Positions 46,488-54,279 of a stretch of 55,991 nt of DNA are shown one piece after another. The first letter of the stretch is position 1. Each line of letters begins with the position of its first letter. The translations under genes were made by a program, and so were the position numbers. Under the pieces are notes generated by a model. That model was not told where the DNA came from. It saw only the letters and a list, made by a program, of their open reading frames with translations, and ran no database searches. Source of the DNA: Coriobacteriia bacterium (GTDB lineage: Bacteria > Actinomycetota > Coriobacteriia > Anaerosomatales > PALSA-660). The DNA lies in the NCBI GenBank assembly GCA_025361505.1, contig JANYKZ010000103.1, positions 1 through 55,991 on the forward strand, written 5' to 3'.

Positions 46488-47443
46488 TCGCCGTATCCCT
46501 CCCACAGCGGGGTCGAAAGGTAGCGCTCGCCGGTCGAGGGTGCGACGGTGACGACGACCTTGCCGGCCGCTTCGGGTCGCGCGGCGAGCCGCAGAGCGGC
46601 CACGACGTTGGCGCCCGAGGAGATGCCCACGAAGACGCCCTCCTCGGCAGCGAGGCGGCGGGCCATCGCGATCGCTGCGGCGCTGTCCACGTGCTCGACC
46701 TCGTCGAGGACGTCCAGCGAGAGCGTCGCGGGGATGAAGTTCGCTCCGATGCCCTGGATCCCGTGGGGGCCGGGCGTGAGAGGCTCTCCCGCGATCCGCT
46801 GCGAGATGATGGGCGACTCGGTCGGCTCGACCGCGACCGCCAGGGAGCCGGGACGGGCCTCCTTGAGGAAACGCCCGCCGCCGCTGATCGTCCCGCCCGT
46901 GCCGACTCCGGCCACGAAGGCGTAGAGCTCCTCGTCGCCGAGGGCCTGGTCGATCTCGGGACCGGTGGTGGCGTAGTGGGCCGCGGGGTTCGCGGGGTTG
47001 TCGAACTGACCGGGGATGAACGCGCCCTCGATGCCGGCGGCCACCTCGCGGGCCTTTTCGACGGCGCCCTTCATCCCCAGTGCCCGGTCGGTCAGGACGA
47101 GCTCGGCGCCATACGCCGCGAAGACCTTCCGGCGCTCGAGGGAGAACGACTCGGGCATCACCAAGACCACGCGGTAGCCGCGCGCTGCACCGACAAGGGC
47201 CAGCGCGATGCCGGTGTTGCCGCTGGTGGGTTCGACGATGACAGACGTGCCGGCAGCGATGAGGCCGCGGGCCTCGGCGTCCTCGATCATGGCAAGACCG
47301 ATGCGGTCCTTGACCGATCCACCGGGGTTGCGCGACTCCAGCTTGATGTAGACGCGGCCGGGGAGTCCCGCGCCCAGCTTGTCGAGTCGGACGAGGGGCG
47401 TCGAGCCGATGGTATCGACCACGCCGGGGATGGTGTCAGTCAT
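46484..47443 (-). CDS. cysK: cysteine synthase A (O-acetylserine sulfhydrylase)
   Basis: Start at Met25 of the track ORF (GGAGG 6 nt upstream), giving 319 aa. It has the PLP lysine motif NPGGSVKDRIG and TSGNTGIALA. Confidence 0.93.
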   Translation of the reverse strand: MTDTIPGVVDTIGSTPLVRLDKLGAGLPGRVYIKLESRNPGGSVKDRIGLAMIEDAEARGLIAAGTSVIVEPTSGNTGIALALVGAARGYRVVLVMPESFSLERRKVFAAYGAELVLTDRALGMKGAVEKAREVAAGIEGAFIPGQFDNPANPAAHYATTGPEIDQALGDEELYAFVAGVGTGGTISGGGRFLKEARPGSLAVAVEPTESPIISQRIAGEPLTPGPHGIQGIGANFIPATLSLDVLDEVEHVDSAAAIAMARRLAAEEGVFVGISSGANVVAALRLAARPEAAGKVVVTVAPSTGERYLSTPLWEGYGE

Positions 47444-47582
47444 TGTGGACCTCCGTTGTGATGCGAGCGTGTGGAGCCTCAGCACGAATGTACCCGCGCG
47501 GCGGTGCCGGCACAACGGGAATCAGCGCACCATAGTTATGCGCTTCATGCGGTTCGGCACGATCCGAACCCGGCGCTGAGGG

Positions 47583-47897
47583 ATGCGGTACGCTTCCGCG
47601 GACGGGTCGTCGACGAGGGGACGCACGGTGCGGGTGTGGTTCTGGGCGTGGGTGATCGTGGCCGTCGGCATCGCAGCCGCGAGTGCCGCCGCGCGCGACC
47701 GCGCCTCCGCGCCCTTCGCGGTCGGGGCGATCGGCGCCGCGGCGCTCGAGGCCCTGGGGGGCACACCCGCGGCCGAGTGGCTCGTCTTCGCCGGTGTCTC
47801 GAGCGCGGTGTTCGTCGCGCTCAACCGCCGGCGTCATCGCCGGCGTCACGGCTGGACCGGAAGCGGGCGCCACAGCGTCGGCCGGGCGCAGGACTGA
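47583..47897 (+). CDS. hypothetical small membrane protein
   Basis: 104-aa ORF with high GC3 bias and two or three hydrophobic segments (WFWAWVIVAVGIAAASAAA, AAEWLVFAGVSSAVFVAL). The C-terminus is basic. No recognisable family, and the start is uncertain. Confidence 0.4.
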   Translation: MRYASADGSSTRGRTVRVWFWAWVIVAVGIAAASAAARDRASAPFAVGAIGAAALEALGGTPAAEWLVFAGVSSAVFVALNRRRHRRRHGWTGSGRHSVGRAQD

Positions 47898-47905
47898 CGC
47901 GCGCG

Positions 47906-48565
47906 CTAGACCTCGACGGTGATGAAGACCTCGCCGTCGCGCACGACGACCGGGTAGGTGCGGACGACGGAGTCCGGATGATCCGTACTCCCGTCGCGCA
48001 CGTCGTACCTCCAGCCGTGCCACGGGCAGGCCAGGTGGTATCCCTCCATGAATCCTTGCGACAACGGCCCGAAGGCGTGCCTGCAGAGATCGGACAGCGC
48101 GAAGAACTCACCGGCTGCCCGGACGAGGGCGATGTCGCGCTTGCCGATCTTCACGTGGCGCGCCTGGCCGTCGACCAGATCGCCGACCGCCGCAACGCGC
48201 ACGTCCACCGGGCCCGATGTCTCCTCGATGACCCCCTCGAGCGACGAACCGTCCTCGACGTCGGTCCGGATGAAGAGCCCGCACCAGCACTTGCGCAGAG
48301 CGGCGAACTCGTCGAGGTGGAACGGGATGCACGGACAGATGATGGCCACATCGGCCTTCGGGTCGCCGGTCCGTATGCGGCACGGGCAGTAGACGTCGCC
48401 CGTCTCGGCGAGGATCTCGAGTTCCGACGAGAGCACCGCGTCGACGAACCCGGAATCGGTGTTCAGCCGGTAGCCGAGGCGCGCCACGAACGGCACCATG
48501 AACTCCTTGAGATCGTCCTCGGTGGTGCCGGCGAAGAACCGTCGCCGCACGGGTGCGTCGCTCAC
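47906..48565 (-). CDS. fusion protein: ferredoxin:thioredoxin reductase catalytic-subunit-like domain + Rieske [2Fe-2S] ferredoxin domain
   Basis: GTG at 48565, preceded by GAGAGGGAAA, giving 219 aa. N-terminal half: FMVPFVARLGYRLNTDSGFVDAVLSSELEILAETGDVYCPCRIRTGDPKADVAIICPCIPFHLDEFAALRKCWCGLF, which has the six-Cys CPC/CPC/CxC FTR pattern. C-terminal half: FFALSDLCRHAFGPLSQGFMEGYHLACPWHGWRYDVRDG, which has the Rieske motif CxH...CxxH. The upstream part of track ORF 47906..48922 is an Arg-rich artefact. Confidence 0.8.
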   Translation of the reverse strand: MSDAPVRRRFFAGTTEDDLKEFMVPFVARLGYRLNTDSGFVDAVLSSELEILAETGDVYCPCRIRTGDPKADVAIICPCIPFHLDEFAALRKCWCGLFIRTDVEDGSSLEGVIEETSGPVDVRVAAVGDLVDGQARHVKIGKRDIALVRAAGEFFALSDLCRHAFGPLSQGFMEGYHLACPWHGWRYDVRDGSTDHPDSVVRTYPVVVRDGEVFITVEV

Positions 48566-48603
48566 GTGGGGTTTCCCTCTCGTCGGGGTCGGGGCTGCCT
48601 CGT

Positions 48604-48852
48604 TCAGAGACCGATGAGCTGCTGGATCCGGGCCTTGTTGTAGCCGACGACGACCTCGTCGCCCACCACGATCACGGGGAACGAGGTGCCGTTGGACAGG
48701 CGCTTTACCTCGTCGATCGCGTCGGTGCGCTCCTGGCCTGCGAGCTTGTCGACTTCGACGACATCGTAGACGACGCCGCTGTCGTCCAGGAACGTGCGTG
48801 CCTGCCGGCAGTACGGGCAGGTCGAGAGCGCGAATACCTTGATCTGCGGCAA
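48604..48852 (-). CDS. glutaredoxin-like / NrdH-like small thioredoxin-fold protein (CPYC)
   Basis: 82 aa: LPQIKVFALSTCPYCRQARTFLDDSGVVYDVVEVD...SFPVIVVGDEVVVGYNKARIQQL. TTG start at 48852, preceded by GAGAGGAG. The rest of track ORF 48604..49428 is an artefact that overlaps the divergent gene. Confidence 0.75.
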   Translation of the reverse strand: MPQIKVFALSTCPYCRQARTFLDDSGVVYDVVEVDKLAGQERTDAIDEVKRLSNGTSFPVIVVGDEVVVGYNKARIQQLIGL

Positions 48853-48952
48853 CTCGGACTCCTCTCGGGGGAGACGGCGCGGCGCTCCGCGCCGTCGTGC
48901 GTTGTGGTGTATGTTCCCCCACGACACGGCATCTCGGTCACAGGGAGAGCAG

Positions 48953-49564
48953 ATGGCACGCTCGCGGGGCGAAGCGATGGGCACGGACACCGGAGCCGCG
49001 TCCGCTGCCGCTCCCTCCGGAGCCGAGCGGCGCCGCGCCCTGACCATCGCACTGGTCGCCGCGGTCGTGCTGGCCGCCCTCGCAGCGGGAGCCTGGTGGT
49101 TGGCGACCACGCTCGCCGCGCCGAGACAGGACGCGACGCAGAGCGCGGAACTCACCGCGCTGGATGCCCGGCTCAAGGCGGTCCGCGCCGCCATCACGCC
49201 GATCGCATCCTCGTTCGGAACCGATACGGCCAAGGGGACCATCGACGTGGGAGCGTACCGCGCCCGCATCGCCGCGGCCCAGAAGACCGTCGACGACGTC
49301 AACGGCCTGGAGGTCACCGACCCGGAAGCGTTGACCGTCCGGGACCTCATCGTCACGGGAGGCTCCGAGGTCCTGACCGGGCTCAACCTCGCGCTCGACG
49401 CGCTCGTCAGCGACGAAGCGAGCGCCACGGCGCAGGCCGATCTACAGGTCGAGGACGGCCTGCAGCAACTTCAGGAGGCACGCGACACGCTCGACCGTCT
49501 CCTCGGCCGCGTATCTCTGACGCACCTTCCCTCGGGAAAGGGAACACGCACCACGACGACCTAG
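48953..49564 (+). CDS. hypothetical single-pass membrane protein with helical ectodomain
   Basis: 203 aa from the ATG at 48953, which is preceded by GGGAGAG. TM segment ALTIALVAAVVLAALAAGAWWL. High GC3 bias. No recognisable family. Confidence 0.6.
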   Translation: MARSRGEAMGTDTGAASAAAPSGAERRRALTIALVAAVVLAALAAGAWWLATTLAAPRQDATQSAELTALDARLKAVRAAITPIASSFGTDTAKGTIDVGAYRARIAAAQKTVDDVNGLEVTDPEALTVRDLIVTGGSEVLTGLNLALDALVSDEASATAQADLQVEDGLQQLQEARDTLDRLLGRVSLTHLPSGKGTRTTTT

Positions 49565-52068
49565 CCATGCGCCGGCGGACCCTGGAGCTCGATGCGGACA
49601 GCCTGCGGCGAGACGCGGCACAGCAGGTCCGCCATCGCCGGGTGACAGGTGAAGAACACGACCTGCCGCGTCTGCGCCAGCCCCGCGATGGCCTCGGCGG
49701 CGGGCTGGAGGCGATCGGGGCTGAAGTTCACGAGGACGTCGTCCATGAGTACCGGCAGTCCCGCACCGATCTCCCCGAGCTGGTCGACCAGTCCTATGCG
49801 CAGCGCCAGATAGAGTTGCTCCGCGGTTCCGCGCGACAACTTGTCGGTGCCGGCGGCTGCGGCGCTGGTAGTGAAGACCTCGAGGTCCTCCTTGCCCAGG
49901 GGTATCGCGATGTGCGGGTAGCGCCCGTTGGTCATGCGCGTGAAGGCCGCCTCGGCGCGCTTGACGACCTCCGGCTGGCGCTCGCGTTCGTAGCGCGCCT
50001 GCGCGCGGCTCAGCAGCTGCGAGGCCAGCGTGAGCACGGTGTACTCGCGCACATCCGCCGCGATGAGCTCACCGAGCGTCTCGACCTGGAGCCGCAGCGA
50101 GGCGAGCCGGTCCTCGCGCCCCTCGGCATCGATCCGGGTGCGCAGCGTCGCCTCCTCGGCGGTCAGCCGATCGAAGGTCTGGAGCGCGTCCTCCGCCTCG
50201 AGCCGTGCCTCCGCCTCGAGGTGCCGCACGTCTTCGAGCCCGCCGCCGGGCACGCATGCCTCGGCGAGCAGGTCTGCCACGGCGGCGGCCGACTTCTCAG
50301 ATACGGCCCGTGAGGCCTCAGCTTCGCGGTCCAGGCGCTCTGCTTCGCGGAGCGCATCGACCCGCGCACAGTCCGCGAGCGCGGCCGACTCGACGCGCGC
50401 CGTCGCGCGGCCGACGAGCTCGACGCACCGATCCGGCGTGACACCGGCGGGCTCCTCGCCCAGAAGCGGAGCGACCGACGTGCGGACACGCTCGACGTAG
50501 GATCCGACCCGCTGCTCTTCCCGAACGATCGCCTCACGGACGGCCGAGCGCTGATCGTCGGCTGCGCGCACCTCTCGCGCCGCCTGCAGCCGGGCGGCGA
50601 CTGCGGCCGGTTCCTCGCTCCCGTCCCCCAGCCCCCACGCGCGCACCCGTTCGCTCCAGGCCACGGTACGCTCGTCGAGCGCCCGCTGCGCGGCACGTAC
50701 GGCCGCCTCGGCGGCGGCCAGACGACTCCTCGCCTGCGCGGCGTCCGTCCCTCCGCCCATGGGATTGACACGGACGAGCGCGAGCACCACCCCGGCGATG
50801 GCGATCACAAGGGCGAAGCCGGCCAATGCGGTCTGGCCCAGGGCGATGCCCGCTGCGAACCCAGCCGCGCCCAGTCCCGCGGCCACAAGGCCGGGTACCG
50901 ACCACGGGCGCGCGGCCACAGCGATGGCGGCGGCTCCCGCGACGTCGGCCGACGCCCGGTCGCGCGCCTCGACCGCGAGGACCGCACGGGTGCTGAGGTC
51001 GTTCAAAGCGGCACGCGCGTTCTCGATCTCCGCCGCGATCCCCGCGTCCGCGGTCGCCGCGAGGGCCTGGGCCTCGGACCAACCGGCGTCGGAAAGGGCT
51101 GCGCGAAGGCGCTGTTCGACCGCCGCGAGCTTGCCCTGCTGCTCGGAAAGCACGCTCAGCCGGTCGCGGAACGAGGGAGACTCCGCCGACAGCCCGCGCA
51201 CGGCCTCTGCCGCGCGCAGCGCATCCTCGTCGACGGGTGCTGCCTCAGCGGCCCTGCGCGCGTTCGCGGCGTCGGCCGCGACGGCCTGAGCACGTGACGC
51301 CGCCTGAGCAGACTCGGTGAGCAGGCGGTCGACCTCGGCGACCGTGCGCGCGAGGCGCTCCGAGCGCGCCTGGGTCGCCGTTCGCTCAGCGCGGGCGCCC
51401 GACAGCCGCTCCTCGACCTCGACCAGACGCTCGGCGTCGGCGCGGACGGTGTCGGCCTCGCCCTCAAGCCGACGGATCTCGCTGCGCACGTCGATGCGTG
51501 CGGCGCGCGCTTTGTTGATCGACGGTGCGGACCCGCCCTTCTTCCACAGGGCGTCCATGCGCTCCGACAGCTTCGCGCGGATGTCGATCGGACTGACGGT
51601 CAGGCCCGCCCCGGCCGCGTAGAGCCGGGACATCAGGTCGTCGTCCTTGCCCTTGAGCTGCTCGATCTGCTGCATCTCCGCGAGGCCGAAGCCGAACACG
51701 ACGCGGTACGCGGCACGACTGACCCCCCTGGTCAGCTCGTCGACCAGACCGTCGCGCGGACGCCCCGACATCGCGCGTACCGTCACGGGTCCGCCGCGCG
51801 GACCCTCGGTCCGCTCGACGACCCACTCGCCAGCGGCGTCCGCGAAGACCAACCGTCCCTGGCGCTTGCCGCCGGAGGCCGAGAGATACGGGTTCTCCTG
51901 ACTGGCCGGGGTCGGGAAGCCGTACAGGACGTGTCGGACCAGAGCGGTCAGGCTGCTCTTCCCTGCCTCGTTCGGACCGAGCACGACGGTCAGCTGCGGC
52001 GACAGATCGCCGAGAGTCGTCTCGTCGATGCGACCGAACCTCTCCGCCTCGATGCGGACGAGCCTCAT
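49561..52068 (-). CDS. SbcC/YhaN-like AAA ATPase with long coiled coil and central hydrophobic hairpin
   Basis: 835 aa from MRLVRIEAERFG, with an ATGA overlap on the upstream stop. Walker A GPNEAGKSS, signature LSRGTAEQLYLALRI, Walker B PVLMDDVLVNF. Mid-protein hydrophobic stretch: PGLVAAGLGAAGFAAGIALGQTALAGFALVIAIAGVVLALV. Confidence 0.85.
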   Translation of the reverse strand: MRLVRIEAERFGRIDETTLGDLSPQLTVVLGPNEAGKSSLTALVRHVLYGFPTPASQENPYLSASGGKRQGRLVFADAAGEWVVERTEGPRGGPVTVRAMSGRPRDGLVDELTRGVSRAAYRVVFGFGLAEMQQIEQLKGKDDDLMSRLYAAGAGLTVSPIDIRAKLSERMDALWKKGGSAPSINKARAARIDVRSEIRRLEGEADTVRADAERLVEVEERLSGARAERTATQARSERLARTVAEVDRLLTESAQAASRAQAVAADAANARRAAEAAPVDEDALRAAEAVRGLSAESPSFRDRLSVLSEQQGKLAAVEQRLRAALSDAGWSEAQALAATADAGIAAEIENARAALNDLSTRAVLAVEARDRASADVAGAAAIAVAARPWSVPGLVAAGLGAAGFAAGIALGQTALAGFALVIAIAGVVLALVRVNPMGGGTDAAQARSRLAAAEAAVRAAQRALDERTVAWSERVRAWGLGDGSEEPAAVAARLQAAREVRAADDQRSAVREAIVREEQRVGSYVERVRTSVAPLLGEEPAGVTPDRCVELVGRATARVESAALADCARVDALREAERLDREAEASRAVSEKSAAAVADLLAEACVPGGGLEDVRHLEAEARLEAEDALQTFDRLTAEEATLRTRIDAEGREDRLASLRLQVETLGELIAADVREYTVLTLASQLLSRAQARYERERQPEVVKRAEAAFTRMTNGRYPHIAIPLGKEDLEVFTTSAAAAGTDKLSRGTAEQLYLALRIGLVDQLGEIGAGLPVLMDDVLVNFSPDRLQPAAEAIAGLAQTRQVVFFTCHPAMADLLCRVSPQAVRIELQGPPAHG

Positions 52069-53312
52069 CGCGTCTCCCCCTCGAGCCGGTCCAGACACAG
52101 GTCGCGGGCGCGCACCACCAGCTCCTCGGGAGTCAGGTCCGACTCGATGACGCCGACCGACCCCTCGACAGGCTCGAGGACCTCGGCGAGCAACGCGGCC
52201 ACCGCTTGCGGGTCGGCCACCAGCTCATCGACGAGCCGCACGAGGTCGCCCGTGAAGTCCTGCTGGACGCGCAGCGCGTCTATGTCGAGCGAGGCGGCGG
52301 TGCGGTCCGTGACCCGGTCGATCCAGACCCACGGATAGGCGGCGAGTTGCTCGTCGCGAAGGTCGCACAGGAGGTCGGTCATGGACGCGCCGCTCACCAG
52401 CGCCTCGTGCGCCTCGCAGCGTCCGGTCAGCTCGATGCGTGCGATCGCGGGCCGGCCCCCGGCGTCGGACCGTACCTCGTCGCAGACGCGGCGCAGGACG
52501 TCCCGCACGTCGTCGATGTTCGCGCACGAAGAAGCGTCCGCGCTACGGCGCGCCCACGTCACCGAGCACACGACCCTGAACTCGGGCATCGCCCCCGAGG
52601 CGTCGGCCTCCACGAGATAGCAGCCGTGGAGCCCGTCCTCCTTTGGGTTGAGCCCCTGCGGACTGCCCGCGTACACGATCGCGGGGGCGACGCAGAGCAC
52701 CTCGGGCTTGTGGATGTGGCCCAGGGCCCAGTAGTCCATGCCCGAACCGCGCAGCGTCTCCATCGATGCGGGGGCGTAGTCCTCGAAGTCCGAACGGCTG
52801 CCCACATTGGTGTGCAGGACGCCGACGGCGACCCGGTCGTCGGGCGAGCGGCGGTAGCCTGAGGCGAAGTCACGTTTCTCGGCGGCCCGCTCGTACCCGC
52901 GCCCGTAGATCGTGCAGATCGGCTCGCCGTCACGCTCGACGGTGAACGCCTCCACTGCGGCCGTGGAGAAGTAGTGGACGGTCTCGGGCAGGCGCAGGCC
53001 GGCCGACCAGCCGTCGGCGGGATCGTGGTTGCCCCGGGCGACGTAGACGGGTATTCCTGCCTCAGCGAGGCGTTCCATGGCGGCTTGGAACCTGAACTGC
53101 GCAGGTCGGCTCCGCTCGCGACTGTTGTGCACGTCGCCGGCGATCAGCAGGAAGTCGACCTTCTCGGTGAGGCACAGCTCGACGATGCGATCGAGGGCCT
53201 CGTAGGTCGACGCGAGCAGCGCGGCGCGGACGCGCGCGTCCGATGCGTCGACGCCCTGGAAGGGCGCGCCGAGGTGCAGGTCGGCGGCGTGCACGAATCT
53301 GACTGGCCGCAT
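52065..53312 (-). CDS. SbcD/YhaO-like metallophosphoesterase (DNA repair exonuclease family)
   Basis: 415 aa from MRPVRFVHAADLHLG, with the additional motifs GDVHN and GNHD. Confidence 0.88.
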   Translation of the reverse strand: MRPVRFVHAADLHLGAPFQGVDASDARVRAALLASTYEALDRIVELCLTEKVDFLLIAGDVHNSRERSRPAQFRFQAAMERLAEAGIPVYVARGNHDPADGWSAGLRLPETVHYFSTAAVEAFTVERDGEPICTIYGRGYERAAEKRDFASGYRRSPDDRVAVGVLHTNVGSRSDFEDYAPASMETLRGSGMDYWALGHIHKPEVLCVAPAIVYAGSPQGLNPKEDGLHGCYLVEADASGAMPEFRVVCSVTWARRSADASSCANIDDVRDVLRRVCDEVRSDAGGRPAIARIELTGRCEAHEALVSGASMTDLLCDLRDEQLAAYPWVWIDRVTDRTAASLDIDALRVQQDFTGDLVRLVDELVADPQAVAALLAEVLEPVEGSVGVIESDLTPEELVVRARDLCLDRLEGETR

Positions 53313-53403
53313 GCGGGTCCCCCAGGAAGACGGTTGGAGATGGCCGGGCGCGACCCATCGTAGCGCACGCCCCTGACACGTCAGGAGCGGCCGCGGACGA
53401 CGT

Positions 53404-54279
53404 CTAGCGCCCTGCCCCCGAGAACACCACCGCGAGCATCCCCGGCCCCACGTGCGAGCCGATGACGGGCCCGATCTCGGCCACGACCACGTCGGCGAAC
53501 TCCACGCGCGCAAGCAACCGGTCCCGCAGGGCATGCGCGTCCTCGAGAGCGTCGCCGTGCGCCACGAACGCGGTCTGCCCCCGCGGGTCGACGACCCGCT
53601 GGGCCGCGATGTCGACGAGCGCCTTCATCGACTTGCGACGCCCGCGCGCCTGCCCCGCGAACACCAGTTCTCCTGTGCCGTCGATGCGCAGGACGGGCCG
53701 TACGTCGAGCATCGTTCCGGCGAACGCGAGCGCGTCCGAGATCCGGCCGCCGCGCCTGAGGTGCTCGAGCGACTCGAGGGTGAAGTACCCGTTCACGCGC
53801 GTGCGCGCCGCCATCGCCCATTCGGTCAGCGTGTCGATGCCGGCGCCGTTCTCGAGAATCCGGGCCGCTTCGAACAGCAGGAAGCCCAACGCCGCCGACG
53901 CGTTGAGCGAGTCGATGACCCGGACGTCCGCCCCGGGATGGTCCGCGACGACCATGTCGCGCGCCGTGAGCGCGGTCTCGTACGTGCTCGACAGCGCGCT
54001 GGACAGCCCCAGCAGCAGAACAGGACGCCCCTGGGCGACCGCCGATTCGAACGTCTCCACGTACTCCGCGAGCGGGACGGCAGCCGTGGTCGGCGTCGCT
54101 CCGTCGCGCATCAGCCCGTAGAAGCGCTCGTGCGGCATGGTCTCGCCGAGGTCATCCACGTGCTCGTCGTCCCCGAAGCGGAACCGCAGGTTGAGCACCT
54201 CGACCCCGAGCCGTCCCACGAGCTCACGGGGCAGGTCGCAGCTGGAATCGGTGACCAGCAGCGGCGAGGGACGCGTCAC
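53404..54279 (-). CDS. DegV family fatty-acid-binding protein
   Basis: 291 aa with LLVTDSSCDLP and a DegV-like core. The GTG start overlaps the upstream degV stop (GTGA). Confidence 0.88.
   Translation of the reverse strand: MTRPSPLLVTDSSCDLPRELVGRLGVEVLNLRFRFGDDEHVDDLGETMPHERFYGLMRDGATPTTAAVPLAEYVETFESAVAQGRPVLLLGLSSALSSTYETALTARDMVVADHPGADVRVIDSLNASAALGFLLFEAARILENGAGIDTLTEWAMAARTRVNGYFTLESLEHLRRGGRISDALAFAGTMLDVRPVLRIDGTGELVFAGQARGRRKSMKALVDIAAQRVVDPRGQTAFVAHGDALEDAHALRDRLLARVEFADVVVAEIGPVIGSHVGPGMLAVVFSGAGR

Noticed and set aside
47583-47897. Assigning the 104-aa ORF to the NfeD family, or linking it functionally to the FTR-Rieske gene that it converges on.
   Set aside because: Only hydrophobicity and GC3 bias support it as a gene. 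No motif supports a family call, and a convergent orientation gives no operon evidence.
48853-49428. Upstream 190 codons of track ORF 48604..49428 as part of the glutaredoxin-like protein.
   Set aside because: Only the last 82 codons form a thioredoxin fold with an SD-preceded TTG. The upstream part is low-complexity and overlaps the divergent 203-aa membrane protein gene.
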